DNA of 62,919 nucleotides, the filler included, from Platydemus manokwari (Eukaryota), in the NCBI GenBank assembly GCA_037951405.1. It is 5 parts of 5 records of this genome, joined end to end, with 100 filler letters (N's around TTAATTAATTAA, not from the genome) between each part and the next. Parts side by side here need not be neighbours in the genome. Positions count along the whole stretch, not along the records: positions 36,681 to 53,713 come from JBBMOY011123663.1; 4 more parts are not named here. One strand, written 5' to 3'. The first letter of the stretch is position 1. Every line of letters begins with the position of its first letter. This document shows, piece after piece, positions 38,356 through 52,179 of this stretch. Both the position numbers and the translations under genes were made by a program. Under the pieces are notes generated by a model. The model made no database searches and was not told the DNA's origin. It worked only from the letters and a program-made list of their open reading frames with translations.

Positions 38356-41300
38356 ATGCCACCAGTTTCTTCAATAAAAGTTGGTGTCAGATGTCGACCT
38401 TTAGCATATAATGAATTACATGATGGTTGTCAATCATGTGTTGGATTTCCAGGTGGCACTGAAATAATAATAGGTGGAACCAAACAATTTACGTTTGATC
38501 ATGTATTTGTTGATCAAGCTACTCAAGAGGAAATTTATAAAAGTGCTGTTAAGGATATGATAGACAACTTATTTTTGGGTTTTAACGTCACAGTACTAGC
38601 TTATGGTCAAACTGGTAGTGGTAAAACATTTACCATGGGTACTAATTTCACAGATAAAATTATAACACCGAATTCCGGAGTAATTCCTAGAGCTATAAAA
38701 GACATATATGATTACATTGATCCCATTAAAGAGAATGCCAGCATTTGTGTTAAAGTTTCTTTTATTGAGGTACAACATTCTTACTAATTAAATATAACTG
38801 TGTTTGACATAGGTTTACAACGAAGAAATATTCGATTTATTATCTAACAGTAAAGAAATTAAGTGTATTAGAGAAGAAAATCAGGATGTCAAGGTTAGTT
38901 TTCAAATATTTTTATAAATCTTTTGTTTTATTTGGAAATCCATAATTTAAATAGATTTATTAATAAGAAATAATTTAGATTCCTAATTTGGTTGAAGAAA
39001 ATGTCACATGTTCTGAAGATATTTTTAAATGCCTCAAAAAAGGAAGTGAAAATAGAGCAGTTGGTAGCACGGCAATGAATGAAACATCGAGTCGTAGTCA
39101 CGCGATTTTTACAATTTATATTAGTATTTTGCCTCTTCCCAGCGCAACAGTGTCAGATGGGTTTGAACCTATTAGCACGAAATTACATCTAGTGGATCTT
39201 GCAGGATCTGAACGAGCCAGTAAGACTCTGGCTACCGGAGATAGGTTCAAAGAAGGTGTTAATATCAATAGGGGATTGTTAGCATTGGGAAATGTTATTA
39301 GTTCTTTGGTGGAAAAAGATAAAAATAAGAATAAAAATCAGCATATACCTTATCGTGAATCGAAACTCACTAGGTTATTGCAAGATTCACTAGGTGGAAA
39401 TTCCAAAACACTTATGCTTGCTTGTATTAGTCCTGCAGATTCTAATTTTGAAGAAACGTCCACGACATTGAAGTGATATATTTATAGTATTCGATTCTTT
39501 TTTTATTATTATTGTGACTAGCTATGCAGCGAGAGCCAGACAAATTCAAAATAAACCTATTATTAACAAGGTAGATTCAGTTCAAGGTGAGGTATACCAA
39601 CTTCGTGCACAAGTAACGGCACTTCAAGCACAATTGAAGAGCTACCAACAAAACGGGACGAATAACATGTCATCTGAACCATTGGCCGTTGCACCTTCAT
39701 TATCCAATAAGGTTTATGAACTCAATGCACAGATTGTGTCTATTCAACGGCAGAAATTTGAGCTCATTGAGGAATTTGATGAAGAATTATCGAAAAAGGA
39801 CGATTTATTGAAACGAATATGGGATAAAATCAACACCATGGAAATGGATAAAGATGAAACATATTTTGATTTAGAGAAACATATAATGGGTATTATCGCT
39901 AAGGAAGATAACGTCGAGGATCTCGAACAGTCGGAAAACGTTGATCACGAAGACAGTAAACAAGAATCAAAGGAAAAAACCGATTTCCTAAAATGTTTGC
40001 GCGAAGAATTGAAAAATAAAGAAGCATATTTACAACAGATTGAAAGTACGGACTTGTCGGTATTGCATCAGTATGAAGAGAAGAATCGAGAATTGCTACA
40101 ACGTATCAAAGAATTAGAAGATGAAAGGTTGGATTATTGTTGTGATTTACAATTTTTTTTTGATAATTTAAATGTTTTTTTTCTCAAAATACATTTTTGG
40201 GTTGAATTTCAAATAATAACATTTAATTTTTATAATAAAATCTTTAATATGGATTTGTTTTTTCGTTTTAATTTAGATTAGTGCTATCGAAATGGTGATT
40301 TGAATATTTTAATTTGAAAATCTATTACGGTGATATTGTTGTTGATAAACAATTTTCTAATATTGATTTATCATTTTATTTAATAAAATAACTCCTTTTG
40401 GTTTGTCTTGATGATTCCAACTTGAATTTTTTGGGGATAAGCATCAATAAAGGCAACCAAAAATTTAAAAAAATAATCGAAATTTATATATTTCGACCGG
40501 ATAAATAAGATTCGACATTATTTTTCATCGAATTAAATGTGTCCCTCTTTATTTGACAAGCGCTGTTTTTATCATAATTTGAATTTTTTTCGACATTTCT
40601 CTCTATCTTTTAACCGAATATTCCAATCAGATTGTGTGTCAATCCTAAAAAGCGTCTGGAAGATATCGAACAACGTTTGAAAGAAGCTAAAAGACAATTG
40701 GTTGAACTGAATAATTTGAAAAAGGAAAAAGAACAGAATTCGAATGAAGTGAAACAATTGAAACTAAAAATTGATGAGTTGAAAAAATCGATTTGTAAAG
40801 TGACCAAAGAATTGCAAAAGGAAAAAACTCAATTTAAAAAGATCACAATGGAAAAGGAGAGACAGTACAAGAATTTGATCAATAAAGATCGATTATTGCA
40901 AACTCAAATGGAAAGACAAGCTGTTCAACATGCGAAGGAAACTGCGGTGCTTCGGCGGAAGGTTGAGAGTTGTATGGCTGAAGGTAAACGGTTGAAGCAT
41001 ATCTTGGAGTGCAAAAAGAACACCACAACTCGAATTGGAAGAAATAATATGAATAAGTTTGGTTTCGTTGTTATTTTCCCTGTTTGTTTTTAATGGGATT
41101 TTATCATAGGAACATTAATAGTCAAGTAAAACTTTGGATTAGACAGAGTTTAGAGCAAGCTGCACAACGGTGTGAAGCTCGACAACGATTTAATTTCTTG
41201 ATAGAAGACCGTCGTAAATTGACAGAGCAACTCGATCAATTGACTTATTCTACAATTGATGAAAAATCCCAATTGGAATCAGAAATCAAGCGATTAAATG

Positions 41301-42493
41301 AATGCATTTCCCAATTACAGCAGGTCGAATTGACAGAGGGAATGGATGACATACAGGTTCAAGCTTGTTGGAATCAACTACGAAACATAAACGAGTGTCG
41401 TGTGGCGATACGTTTTATGTTTCGACAACTGGTTCAGGAGCGAGTGAGTCAAGTCATGACCGAATCTGAGTTGCAACAGGCTAAGGAGCTTAACTTCTCT
41501 TTGGAACAAGTTAATAGCACGCTTCACGGTGAACTGGAACACATTCGATCGGAAAATGAAAAACAGTTGAAGCGGTCAATTAATCGACGTCGTACGTCAA
41601 TTCTTTTATCTTCTGAAGTAAGTTGGAGCGTTATTAACGCCTGACTATTATTTAATATTTTCTTTAGGAAGCCGTAAAAATCAATAATAAAAACGAACAA
41701 GAACCACCATCTAAAAGACAAGTAATTATTTGTATTTGCTCAATATTAATTAATATTATTTAGTCATTGGTAGGTTTATTGCTTCATGTAACCGGAAATT
41801 TTGTATTAGCAAATATTTTATTTATCTATTAATTATTAATCAATAGAATATTTCATTATATATTTTATTTAGAAATATAGTAATCGATTTTCGGATAATG
41901 AGTCAATATCGTCTTCCATATCACATAAAAGTCGCTTATCAAACAGAGTTTCACAAATATGCCGTTGCAAAAATGGTTGCAAACCCAATCGTTGTGGATG
42001 TTTAAAATCTGAAGATTCTTGCTCGATAAAATGCTTATGCAAAGGACTTTGTCTTGAAGAAAATCAGTCGGCGTTACCAGATATTAAAGAAGACCCCCTC
42101 GAATCTTCTTTCCACAAGATTATCGTTGAAGAAAATCAGGAAAGGAGAATGAGTTCATCGAATAGTTCGGATGAAGACGTTAAAACTGCAATGGATGTTA
42201 CGTTTACTTCCAATGCAACTGTGGTGCTTAATCGATCATTTACATTTTCTAAAGAACACAGTTCCAATGCAAATATTGTCATTCCTATCATCGACGAAGA
42301 AAATAAAGAAAACGAATATAAATGTATTTCTAAAAGCAAATATCAATCTGAAGCTCAGGATGCACCGAAAAAAGCATTTACAAATTCAAGTAATAATAAT
42401 ATTCATGAAGTGATGAATAATACAAAGGAAACAAGAAATAAACGACAAATTCAGAAACAATATTTTGATTCACCTTCTCTAGTTACAAAATGA
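38356..42493 (+). CDS. KIF4: Kinesin-4 chromokinesin (KIF4/Klp3A-like), 8 exons, about 1067 aa
   Basis: Motor motifs [51 protein letters not shown]; long coiled coil; C-terminal Cys-rich [25 protein letters not shown]. Exons 38356-38769, 38813-38893, 38979-39472, 39522-40127, 40631-41056, 41110-41617, 41668-41721, 41873-42493. Confidence 0.93.
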
Positions 42494-42952
42494 CTTAATC
42501 AAAGATTATTTGATATGAAACTGTATATATTATTGTTGTGTTTGTACATACTTTTATATTTCTTTCAATGTACGGGCACATCTTTAAAGAAATAAATTTT
42601 GAGTTATTGTTTATTTTTTTTTAACTTAATAATAATAGTTAAATACGGATATTGATTAGTTGTCAAATAATCCATTATGTTTTACGCTTGACCTTGAAAA
42701 AATATAGATTTTAATTTTAACAGATTATTTTTACAAATCAAAATGGTGGTGCTTACCAAATAAGTATTTTTATAATTTAGTTTTATTAATTCTTTTAAAT
42801 TTTGTTCATATAAGATAAAATATAGGCTTTTTAAGTCAATTTAAGTATATTTTATTCTATATAGTGTGTTGACGTACTTATTTGTTTTAATTTTTTTGAT
42901 AAACAGAAAAATTGCTTCACAGATATTTTAATAGAGCAAATTTATCCTCTAT

Positions 42953-45900
42953 ATGGACGATCATTTTACTTTCACTCCACCACCTGAGTGCCCTGTATTT
43001 AGGCCTACAAAGGAAGAATTCAGGGATCCGCTTGAATACATTGAACAAATTAGACCAATTGCTGTCAAATCCGGAATTTGCAAAATAATTCCTCCTGATG
43101 TAAGTTTAACTGGAGTTGATAAATCAAATCAAAATTTTAAACGTTATTTTTTATTTTACTGCAATTTAGAACCTAAATCGTAAGGAATCGGTCGGAAATC
43201 ATTTTGTAATTCTTGGACCGGCTATAGCCAACTCTTAATTTTTTAAAAAATATGTAAAATATTTACAGTTTTTAAGTATTTTGGATAATATTTTTACCTA
43301 ATCTACATTTTATTGTGCAGTTTATCTCTTAACAGTGACTAAATCGCATTTCAAAATTTCCAACTTGTAAATATGTTGTGAATAAGTTGTTAATGATTAT
43401 GTTTAACAACTATATTTCATGTTACTCAGACTATTTGAGTTTAAATTCTGAAGAATAGTCTTCTAATGCAAGATTAATTAATTACTCATTTGTTTACACT
43501 TAGTTTCGGTTTTAAAATAAATCAATAAATTTATAAGATGTCTTCCGGTTTAAATAAATTTTATAAATTAACATTTTTGATTTTAATCAGGTTAATTATG
43601 ATTTATGATAGGACTGGAGGCCGCCATTTTCTGTAAATGTAAACACATTTCAATTTACACCAAGAGTCCAAAAGCTTTATGAACTTGAAGTAAGGATTAT
43701 TGCTAACATATTTTTTTATTTTAAATTTTAAGGCTCAATCCAGGATAAAGTTAAATTTCATGACAAAGCTTTCGCAATTTGTTCGATTGCAGGTATGCTA
43801 TAATCTTTAACTCATCATTATGCTATTAAAATATAGGGTTCAGATAAACTTAAAATACCAAATATTAATGGTAGACACCTCGATTTATATAAATTGCATA
43901 AGTTAGTTCATGAAAATGGCGGCTATGATCATATTATTGCCAACAAATCGTGGCCAAAACTCGCAAACAAAATGGGTTATAAAAATAGTAGTCATGCTTA
44001 TTCGCTGAGAACACATTACGAAAAAATCATACTACCTTACGACATGATGCTTGCTGGGGGTAATGACTCACATATTTATGTTGCACCTTCAACCAATAAG
44101 CCAAAGCCTGTTCTTCATCCTTCAACAACAAAGAAACGGAAATCAGTTCAACCTAATCCTATCGATGAAACGTTATTAGAATCCAATAATGAGTTAAAAA
44201 GACTTCAGTTTTCTGGTCCCGGTCCAAGGACGTTTGTAAATATTAAAGATGAGTTGAAGGTTGAAGATGAATTAATTTCTGGTCCTCTAAAAAGAAAGTG
44301 CTTATCCGATTATGTATGTAAAACATGTGGTAGTGGGGATAAAGAAGACCGTTTATTAATATGTGATAATGACGATTGTCAAGATTCTTATCATTGTGAC
44401 TGTTTAGTTCCTCCACTGGCTCAAGTACCCAAGCAAAGTTGGAAATGTCATAATTGTGTCTTAGAACTTCTTAGTGTGAAGCCTTTGGAGTATGGATTTC
44501 CAAGTTCTAGTATTACATATACGCTTTATGAATTTGGTAAATCAGCTGATAGATTTAAAGCTAACTATTTTGGCAAAGAATTACATGTTAGTTGCATTAT
44601 ATATTTTATATATTAGTTATGTCTCATCTATATTAAACTTATTGTTAATTATATTTTTCTAAAATCTATAGGAATTAGTGCCCTGTAGTACAGTGGAAAA
44701 AGAATTCTGGCGTATTTTACAATCTTTCAATGACGACATAATTGTTGAATATGGAGCAGATATTCATTCAAGTCATCAAGGATCTGGCTTTCCAACTTTG
44801 GAAAATATAAACAATGGTCGATGTGCTCGTAATAACGGTGAACCTAACATGGATCTGGCTCATCAGTATTCAACCGAATTATGGAATCTTAATATTTTAC
44901 CAATAACCAAAAAGTGTTTATGTTTTTATAGTATAATTATTTAAAATAAATAATTTTAGATCGGTATTGAGATTTATTCGTGGAAATATTGATGGAATGA
45001 AAGTTCCATGGTGTTACGTAGGTATGGTTTTCTCTAGCTTTTGTTGGCACATTGAAGATCATTGGAGTTTTTCAATAAATTATCTGCATTGGGGAGAACC
45101 AAAAACATGGTATGGTGTGTCTAGCGAAAATGCAGATCAGTTCGAAACAGCTATGCGTAAACAAGCTCCAGAGTTATTTGATAATCATGAAGATTTACTA
45201 CACCATATTACTACCATAATGAATCCTAATATTTTGATGAAAGAAGGTGTACCTGTTTATCGTACAGATCAACATGCTGGGCAGTTCGTTGTAACATTTC
45301 CTCGCGCTTATCATACTGGCTTCAACCAAGGTTTCAATTTTGCTGAGGCTGTGAACTTTTGTCCAGCAAATTGGCTTACCATGGGTCGATTATGTGTCGA
45401 ACACTATGCGCAACTTCATCGTCATTGTGTTTTTTCACACGAAGAGCTTTTATGCACCATTGCAGAAGCAGCTCTGTTAGAACAAGATAATACTACCGAT
45501 GAAGAAATATCTGAAAAATATCCGTTAATGGCTGGTCTTGGTATGTCTTCTAATGACATTTGCCTTGATACAAATATAAGGCGAACAGTACATGCCGAAT
45601 TAGAAATTACTGTTGAAGAAGAACGACAAAATCGTGATAAAGTTGAGAAATTGAATATTAAAAAAATGGAACAAGTTATTAAATATATTCACTAATGATT
45701 CTCTAACAATACATTTTTAGACTCTTTTTGAATCGATGAAAGACGATGAACGTGCATGTAATATTTGTCAAACTACTTGTTTTTTGTCGGCTATACGGTG
45801 TAATTGTGTAACAGATGAACGAAAAACTGATGAAAATGATATTGAAGAGCAAAAATTAAGGCGGATTGTTTGTTTGCGACACACTGATAATGTTTGCAGT

Positions 45901-48499
45901 GCTTGCTCACCAGATGACTGGGTTTTTCTTTATAGATTCACATTGTCTGATATGGATCGATTATTATCTGGATTAGAAGTCAGACTACAAGATTTTCATT
46001 CTTGGGAAGGAGATATCAAAGCTCATTGCACAGAAGGTCCTGCATCTTATAGTATATCTGAGTCTGATAAACGGTGGAGTTTGGATCAACTTCATATGAG
46101 ATTGAACGAAGGCGCCGAATGCGGATTTGATAGCTGTGAGGAGTTTGTAAAGGCTAGAGGATTATTAGAGCGGGGTCAAAATTTAACCAGTGTTTGTAAA
46201 CATTGGTTAAAAGCAATTCAAAATTGTGAGGATTGTACTAAGTTGGATGAGAATGATGAGAGTAAACAACATGTCCCTAAATCCGTTTTAATTGATTGCG
46301 TCCGAGAAGACGGATCTGTTGAAATCAAGAACATTAATGTTGCAAGGTAAATATCTTTAATTCACATAAACTTTTCCGATTGCAACATATTTTTCTAATT
46401 TTTAATGTTAATATTTATAATTTAGGTTTATAAATTTAAATAAGGTATTAATTGGTAATTCAAAGCGATTATATGCAAATATTTATAATATAAATCGTGT
46501 AATTACATAAATTTTGAAATTCATTTCTATTAGAAAGTCAATTATGCAGTTAGCTAAATTAATCAATTTTAAGAAAAATTGTTATTGCAGTTGGAATATA
46601 TAAAAATATGAAATCAAAATAATAAGAATTTGATTTTAAACTTTGGATTTACATTTAGTTTGACTGAAGAAAATTTAGCACATATGAATCAAACGCTCTC
46701 GAGATTTCCTTTACGATTACCGTGTGATCAATTCGAGCAAATGGTAGCTAGGTTGTTGCAATGGAGACAGGACAGTCACAATTTAATGTCATCCAATATG
46801 TCAAACCCAGGTGTTCTTTTACCAAAAGTTGTTCAGTTATTTGAAGAAGCTAAGAGGTTGTTTCCTGGCTGGACTGCGTTTACAGATGAGCGTACTTGTT
46901 TAATGCTTCTCGGTAAAAGCTTACAGTGGCTTGTTCGCATAAGGGAATGTGAAGATGCTGTGAAAGCTGGGAAGTCAGCTCACTTGGGTCAAAGTGAAGG
47001 AGCGTTTTCATTACCAGTTAATCTTGTTAAAGAAAGCACAGTTTTTGAGTTGGTTACTCATGGTGAAACACTAACTTCTTCTGTCAAAGAAACAGCTTTG
47101 GATCTTGGTGATTTGGGAAATCGTTTTCTAACTCCGATATCTATATCATTACAATCAGCTCTTGATGTTCTTTATGAAGTAGTTGCAGAAATTAATCGTT
47201 TACGTGAAGATCTGACCGAGTTACCTAAAAGAGGAATTTCTTCGCAAATTCTATCATCTTTGAAAGAAGCTACTGAAAGGTGCTTATGTATGGGCGTGCG
47301 AGTGAAAGAGTTAGATGATACAAGAATTCGTTTGTATAAAATGTGCATCGAGGTTATTCTTCTAACAAAACCAGGACGCTTTGTAGATATGAATCACGCG
47401 TCACAATTGATTCAACTTGGAAGCGCACTTTTCAGCGAAGGTGTGCTTGATCGTGAAAGCAGTGTACTTACTCAGAAACATTTGACAGGTAGAGCTCAAA
47501 TAACATTGATGAGTAGATCTGTTAAAAAACTTAAACTTGCCTATGTTGGTTGTAATATTGAACACTCTGTTAGCGACACATGTCCCTCAGGATGCACAGA
47601 TTTTGATTTCTTGAAGGTTTAATATTTATTATTTATTTGAAATATCTAAATAATAATTATAGGTACTTTTACCTCGGCATTTTTCTTATGATCAAAATTT
47701 GAATCGTGATCGCCTTGCACATAATAGTGTACAATTTTTTCAAATGTGGCATTCATCACCTGTCAATGAAAGTCAGATAATATCTCTTATGGTACTTGCT
47801 TTTTATTAATATTTAATTTTTATTGATTTAATAGCGTCTTTATCAATCTATGATCGTTGATGAATTGTCAAGCATTGATGCTCTTCATTCTCAGAAACTA
47901 CCAGTTATCCATTCCGAGTTAAATTGTTGTATATGTGAACAGTCTTTAATTCAACCAAATTCAATTTACTGCTCATTATGCGCTCCCCGTAGTAAAAGGC
48001 CAACCATAAACGAAATGGCACAACTTAATAAACTTCTTAAGCAATGTCCAAATATAATTTCGGTATATGGTATTGCTCTGCAGGCTTTAAGCAAACGCAC
48101 GGTCACGTGGCTGGTATGATCTACATATTGTTCTTGAATTCAATTCAATTGATTGTGATTTAGGAATCATTGGTAGCCTTAATTCGATTGCATGCAAAAT
48201 ATCTTTCAAAATTTTATTCACAAATCAAAAATTCGTCAATTACTATCCCAGTTTGTATAAAAGAATTATTTTCTCAGATAGGTTCACCGGAAAAAAGAAC
48301 TATTGATCAAGTTCGTGTTAAAGATTTACTTTATAATTTAACTTATCTCCGCCGTGTCGGATATTGTCTTGAAGTGAATGTTGAATCGTATGTCACAGTT
48401 TTGTCGATTCTTATAAATTGTGTCAGTAATGATAAAGATACACCTTCCAGTTATCAGAATGGTTTGGAAGCAGAGTCCAGTGCTTCAATTAACAATTAA
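42953..48499 (+). CDS. KDM5: Lysine-specific H3K4 demethylase KDM5/JARID1/lid, about 11 exons
   Basis: JmjN ([23 protein letters not shown]), ARID (LDLYKLH..GGY..W..LA..LR.HYEKI), PHD1, JmjC ([10 protein letters not shown]; [21 protein letters not shown]), C5HC2 zinc finger, PLU-1-like helical region. GT-AG introns traced. Confidence 0.95.
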
Positions 48500-48904
48500 T
48501 TGTAATGTGTTTTGTAGATAATAAATTGTATTTAGAAAATTGGTTTTTTATCATAAATAAATTACAGATATTTTATATATCTAGTCATTTTATTAATTCA
48601 GATTAATTTATCGATCGTGATTTGTTTGAAGAGCAATGCATAACATTGATTTTTATTATAGTAATTTATTTCTATAATAGGTTAAATCATACTAGTTGAA
48701 AGAGCTTCGAATTTTGGATATTAATAAATGTTATAGAATTTATGGTAATTATAATCAAATATATAAATATAAATTCAGTGAATTTGAAAAATGATACAAA
48801 ATAGACGATCCAAAATTTTATTCAATGTTTATTATGTATTTGTCAATTATTTATATAAAAGAACATGTAATTTTATTACATACGAAAAATTAAGACGAAC
48901 ACCA

Positions 48905-49840
48905 TGAGTGAGTATTTACACAATTAGTTTAGCCTTAGTAAATGATTTATGGAATGCATTATGTGTAAATTCATAAAACAAAGCATGTAGTATTGATATA
49001 TTTGTAAATGAACTTCCATTTGATTTTTGCATCAATTAGTCGACAGCTATGATAATAGGAGAAACCGATTTAATAATGTTGACTATTTTTATTACTGTTC
49101 CTAATGAAATTAACAGCCACTGTCTGTAAATCCGATACTGTAGTACTTATGGTACAATATTTTGTATTATGGCTCGGAAATTAGCTCAATAATTATCCAT
49201 GCTATGTAACGAACTTCATCGCAATGTTTTCAATACTTCAGGCAATAAATGTGTGAATCTAATTTCAAAAACAGTCCGGTATTAATTTCAGATTTAAGTA
49301 ATGAGTTCAATTTTAGCATAAAGTAATCAGATGATCAACAATCTTACGCTATAAATTGGAATGTTAGAAGCAATACCGAAGTGAGCGTCATCATAAAAAA
49401 TTTAAAAATATTATTTGTGCAAATAACACAAGACAAAATCAGTCAGTTATAAATTATTGAGAAAAATCACGTGTACACAACTTCAATTTTTATTTTGTGA
49501 AAATATAACAAACATAAATGACAAAACATAATCAATTCAATTCGATAAGATTAACGAAAATTATTTCGACTGATTTCTCAGTCACCGAAGTTAGGAAAAT
49601 TTATGAATTACATATACGTATTGGAATCAGTTTTTTAAAAGATGATGAGTTGTGGCATCGAGTCAGAAATGAATATTGATTAAAATCCTATTTTTTAGAG
49701 GAAGTGTAACTTTTACAGACTTTTTGTTAATATTAAAAGTAGCGTTGAAAGAAAATTCAATGGATTTTAAAGAATTTGTTGAAAATATAGATCGAAAACT
49801 GAAATTAAATAATTTATCTTTTGAAACATTATATTTGATG
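48905..49840 (+). CDS. Possible small multi-exon gene (helical, EF-hand/p25-alpha-like segment); model incomplete
   Basis: ATGA|gtgagt at 48905; exon-like 49331..49380; open segments LTKIISTDFSVTEVRKIYELHI and GSVTFTDFLLILKVALKENSMDFKEFVENIDRK..LM|gtaagg. Not all junctions resolved. Confidence 0.3.
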
Positions 49841-51048
49841 GTAAGGGCTGAACCTTTCTATCTTCGATATTGTTTTATATATATTTCAATGGATATTGTT
49901 GGGTCCTCAACAATTAATTAAACTCTAACTCCAAAATAGAAGGTTAATAATATAATTTATTGGGTACACATAAATATTCTTCTTTGTATCCACAATATAC
50001 ATGGTGACAATGAATTTATTCTTTGTTCTACCTATATTTGCCTACTGATTTTTGAAACAAAAATTTAGATTTTCGCATCAAAGTTAGAATTTTTTACGGA
50101 TTTCTATATTTTATTGAAATCTAAAATGCAGCTAATGTAACTTTATTTTTTTTAATTATTACTTAGAGCATTAATTTTATTTTTCAAATTTCAGGTTTAA
50201 TTGTAGTTTGACAACATTTTGTTCCAATAATTTAAATATTTGATTAGACATACCTGGTTAATATTCCTTCCCGAAAAATATTGATATTAAACTACTTTAT
50301 AAACAAACTATATTAAGAACTTAATACAATCAATACAAATTATCATAACATTTTTTTCCGAAATTTAGGTCAATTAAATTTAACCAGATTTTCCAAAATG
50401 ACACTATTGGAGTGCTAATATTCGATATATTGAATCAATAATAAATTATGCATTCAAACAAACAGAAATCTAAAACCAGTTAAAATTACTACAAAACTAA
50501 ATACAACAAAGAGGAATCTTAGATTTTTATAAAACTGGGAGTGGATTATGCCATTAGTCATTATTAATCTACCTAGCTCTGCCAATCTATCTTTAGCTGT
50601 ATTTGCAAACTAATTAGTTTTTTGCAAATTTGAAATTTTATCAATTCAGTTTCAAAAAAATTCAACAAATGAAAATTTTTGAGTGTCACTAAAAAATATT
50701 GACATTAAACGAAATAAACTACCAGTAATCTTTAGTAACAAGTGGATTTTTTATTATGATAATATTTAATGATGTGATATTAACTGTTAAAGTTTATACT
50801 TTCATTATTATTATGAAATTGTAATTAGTTAAGTTCAAACTATGTTATTATTTTTCTGTTACTAGTTCATTGATTTACAAAGTTTTGTTTAATAAAGTGT
50901 TACTGCTACACTCACAGTTATTTCCATTAGTTTGTCAAAATATAATTAGTACCTTCAGGAAATACAAAAAATAACTTCACATTATCACTACTATTTCGCA
51001 ATATTGATTATCAATATATTTGTAAAAAATACATCGAATGTCTAATAT

Positions 51049-52179
51049 ATGTCTAATAGAAAAGTAGCTCCAATCAAGCTGTTTGATAATAGAAATCGTG
51101 GGATTCACAAACAATGCGGACGGCAGGAGCGTTGGTGTTCATGCTTCTTTGAATTAACAAACCAGACGGCTAAAGTCAATATTAATGCTTATAAACAGCT
51201 GGAAAATCAACAAAGAAATAGATACAACAAAAATGATCTAGAAAATAAACATAATTCTTTAACACAAGTTAGTGATAGTGAAAACCATTCCAGTAAGGAA
51301 AATTATTTCGATGAAATCGATGGGATATTTCCTACAGATATTCATTTGGAAAAGTTTACCGAAAACGAAATTGAAGAGTATGAAAATAAAAATGACATCG
51401 AAATTTCTATAACTGAGTCCTTAGATGAAACTTCAAATTCTTTATCAAATAATTGCAATATTGATTATGAAGTATCAAGTGTTGATGAAACCAGTAACAG
51501 TTCATGGAAGGATATATCTCAAGATCATTTAATAAGTACAGATAATTTTTTAGATAAGAGTGATATTAAAAATAACGTAGATGTGAAAACATTTCGAAAC
51601 ACCTTTCCTACTGTATTCAATAAAAATGAATTATCTTGTCATATGAATATGTGTACTGATAAGAATGACATTGTGATTCCTATCAGATATTTTAAGAAAA
51701 ATAATGAAACTATTTCAGGAATAGAAAATTGTACAACTGTTGGAATCCAGGAAACTAGCATTGATTACGATCTTGATACGGATAAATTAAACATGTCGCT
51801 TGTTGAGTATCCGATAAAATCAACCAATTCATTAAAATCAAGAAAAACTTATCTCAAAAATTCATTTCAAAACGAACGTTCGAAAAAGCAACTTAGTAGC
51901 TCGAACCATGTTTCATTATATGCTTATATATCTGATATTAAAGGTATTCAAGAGAGTCTTATCCTAAATAAAGATAGGCGATTCACAAGAATTCTAGAAC
52001 GATATAATTGTAAAGCTTCAGTAGTTCAATTGAGAAACCTTAGCAGAGGCTTTCCGCACACAATATTAAAAATAGAATGTGAATCGAAATTAAATTTGAG
52101 TCTTATGGCCCGAGATACAGATCGAATACACCTCAGTTGGAATTTGAGGTCGCAGTTACGTAGTATTCATGCAAATTAG
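51049..52179 (+). CDS. Single-exon orphan protein, 376 aa: acidic/Ser/Asn-rich disordered body with a compact C-terminal domain
   Basis: 1.1-kb ATG-to-TAG ORF in very AT-rich DNA; AATAAA at about 52220; the last ~85 aa show alternating beta/alpha patterning. Confidence 0.75.
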   Translation: MSNRKVAPIKLFDNRNRGIHKQCGRQERWCSCFFELTNQTAKVNINAYKQLENQQRNRYNKNDLENKHNSLTQVSDSENHSSKENYFDEIDGIFPTDIHLEKFTENEIEEYENKNDIEISITESLDETSNSLSNNCNIDYEVSSVDETSNSSWKDISQDHLISTDNFLDKSDIKNNVDVKTFRNTFPTVFNKNELSCHMNMCTDKNDIVIPIRYFKKNNETISGIENCTTVGIQETSIDYDLDTDKLNMSLVEYPIKSTNSLKSRKTYLKNSFQNERSKKQLSSSNHVSLYAYISDIKGIQESLILNKDRRFTRILERYNCKASVVQLRNLSRGFPHTILKIECESKLNLSLMARDTDRIHLSWNLRSQLRSIHAN

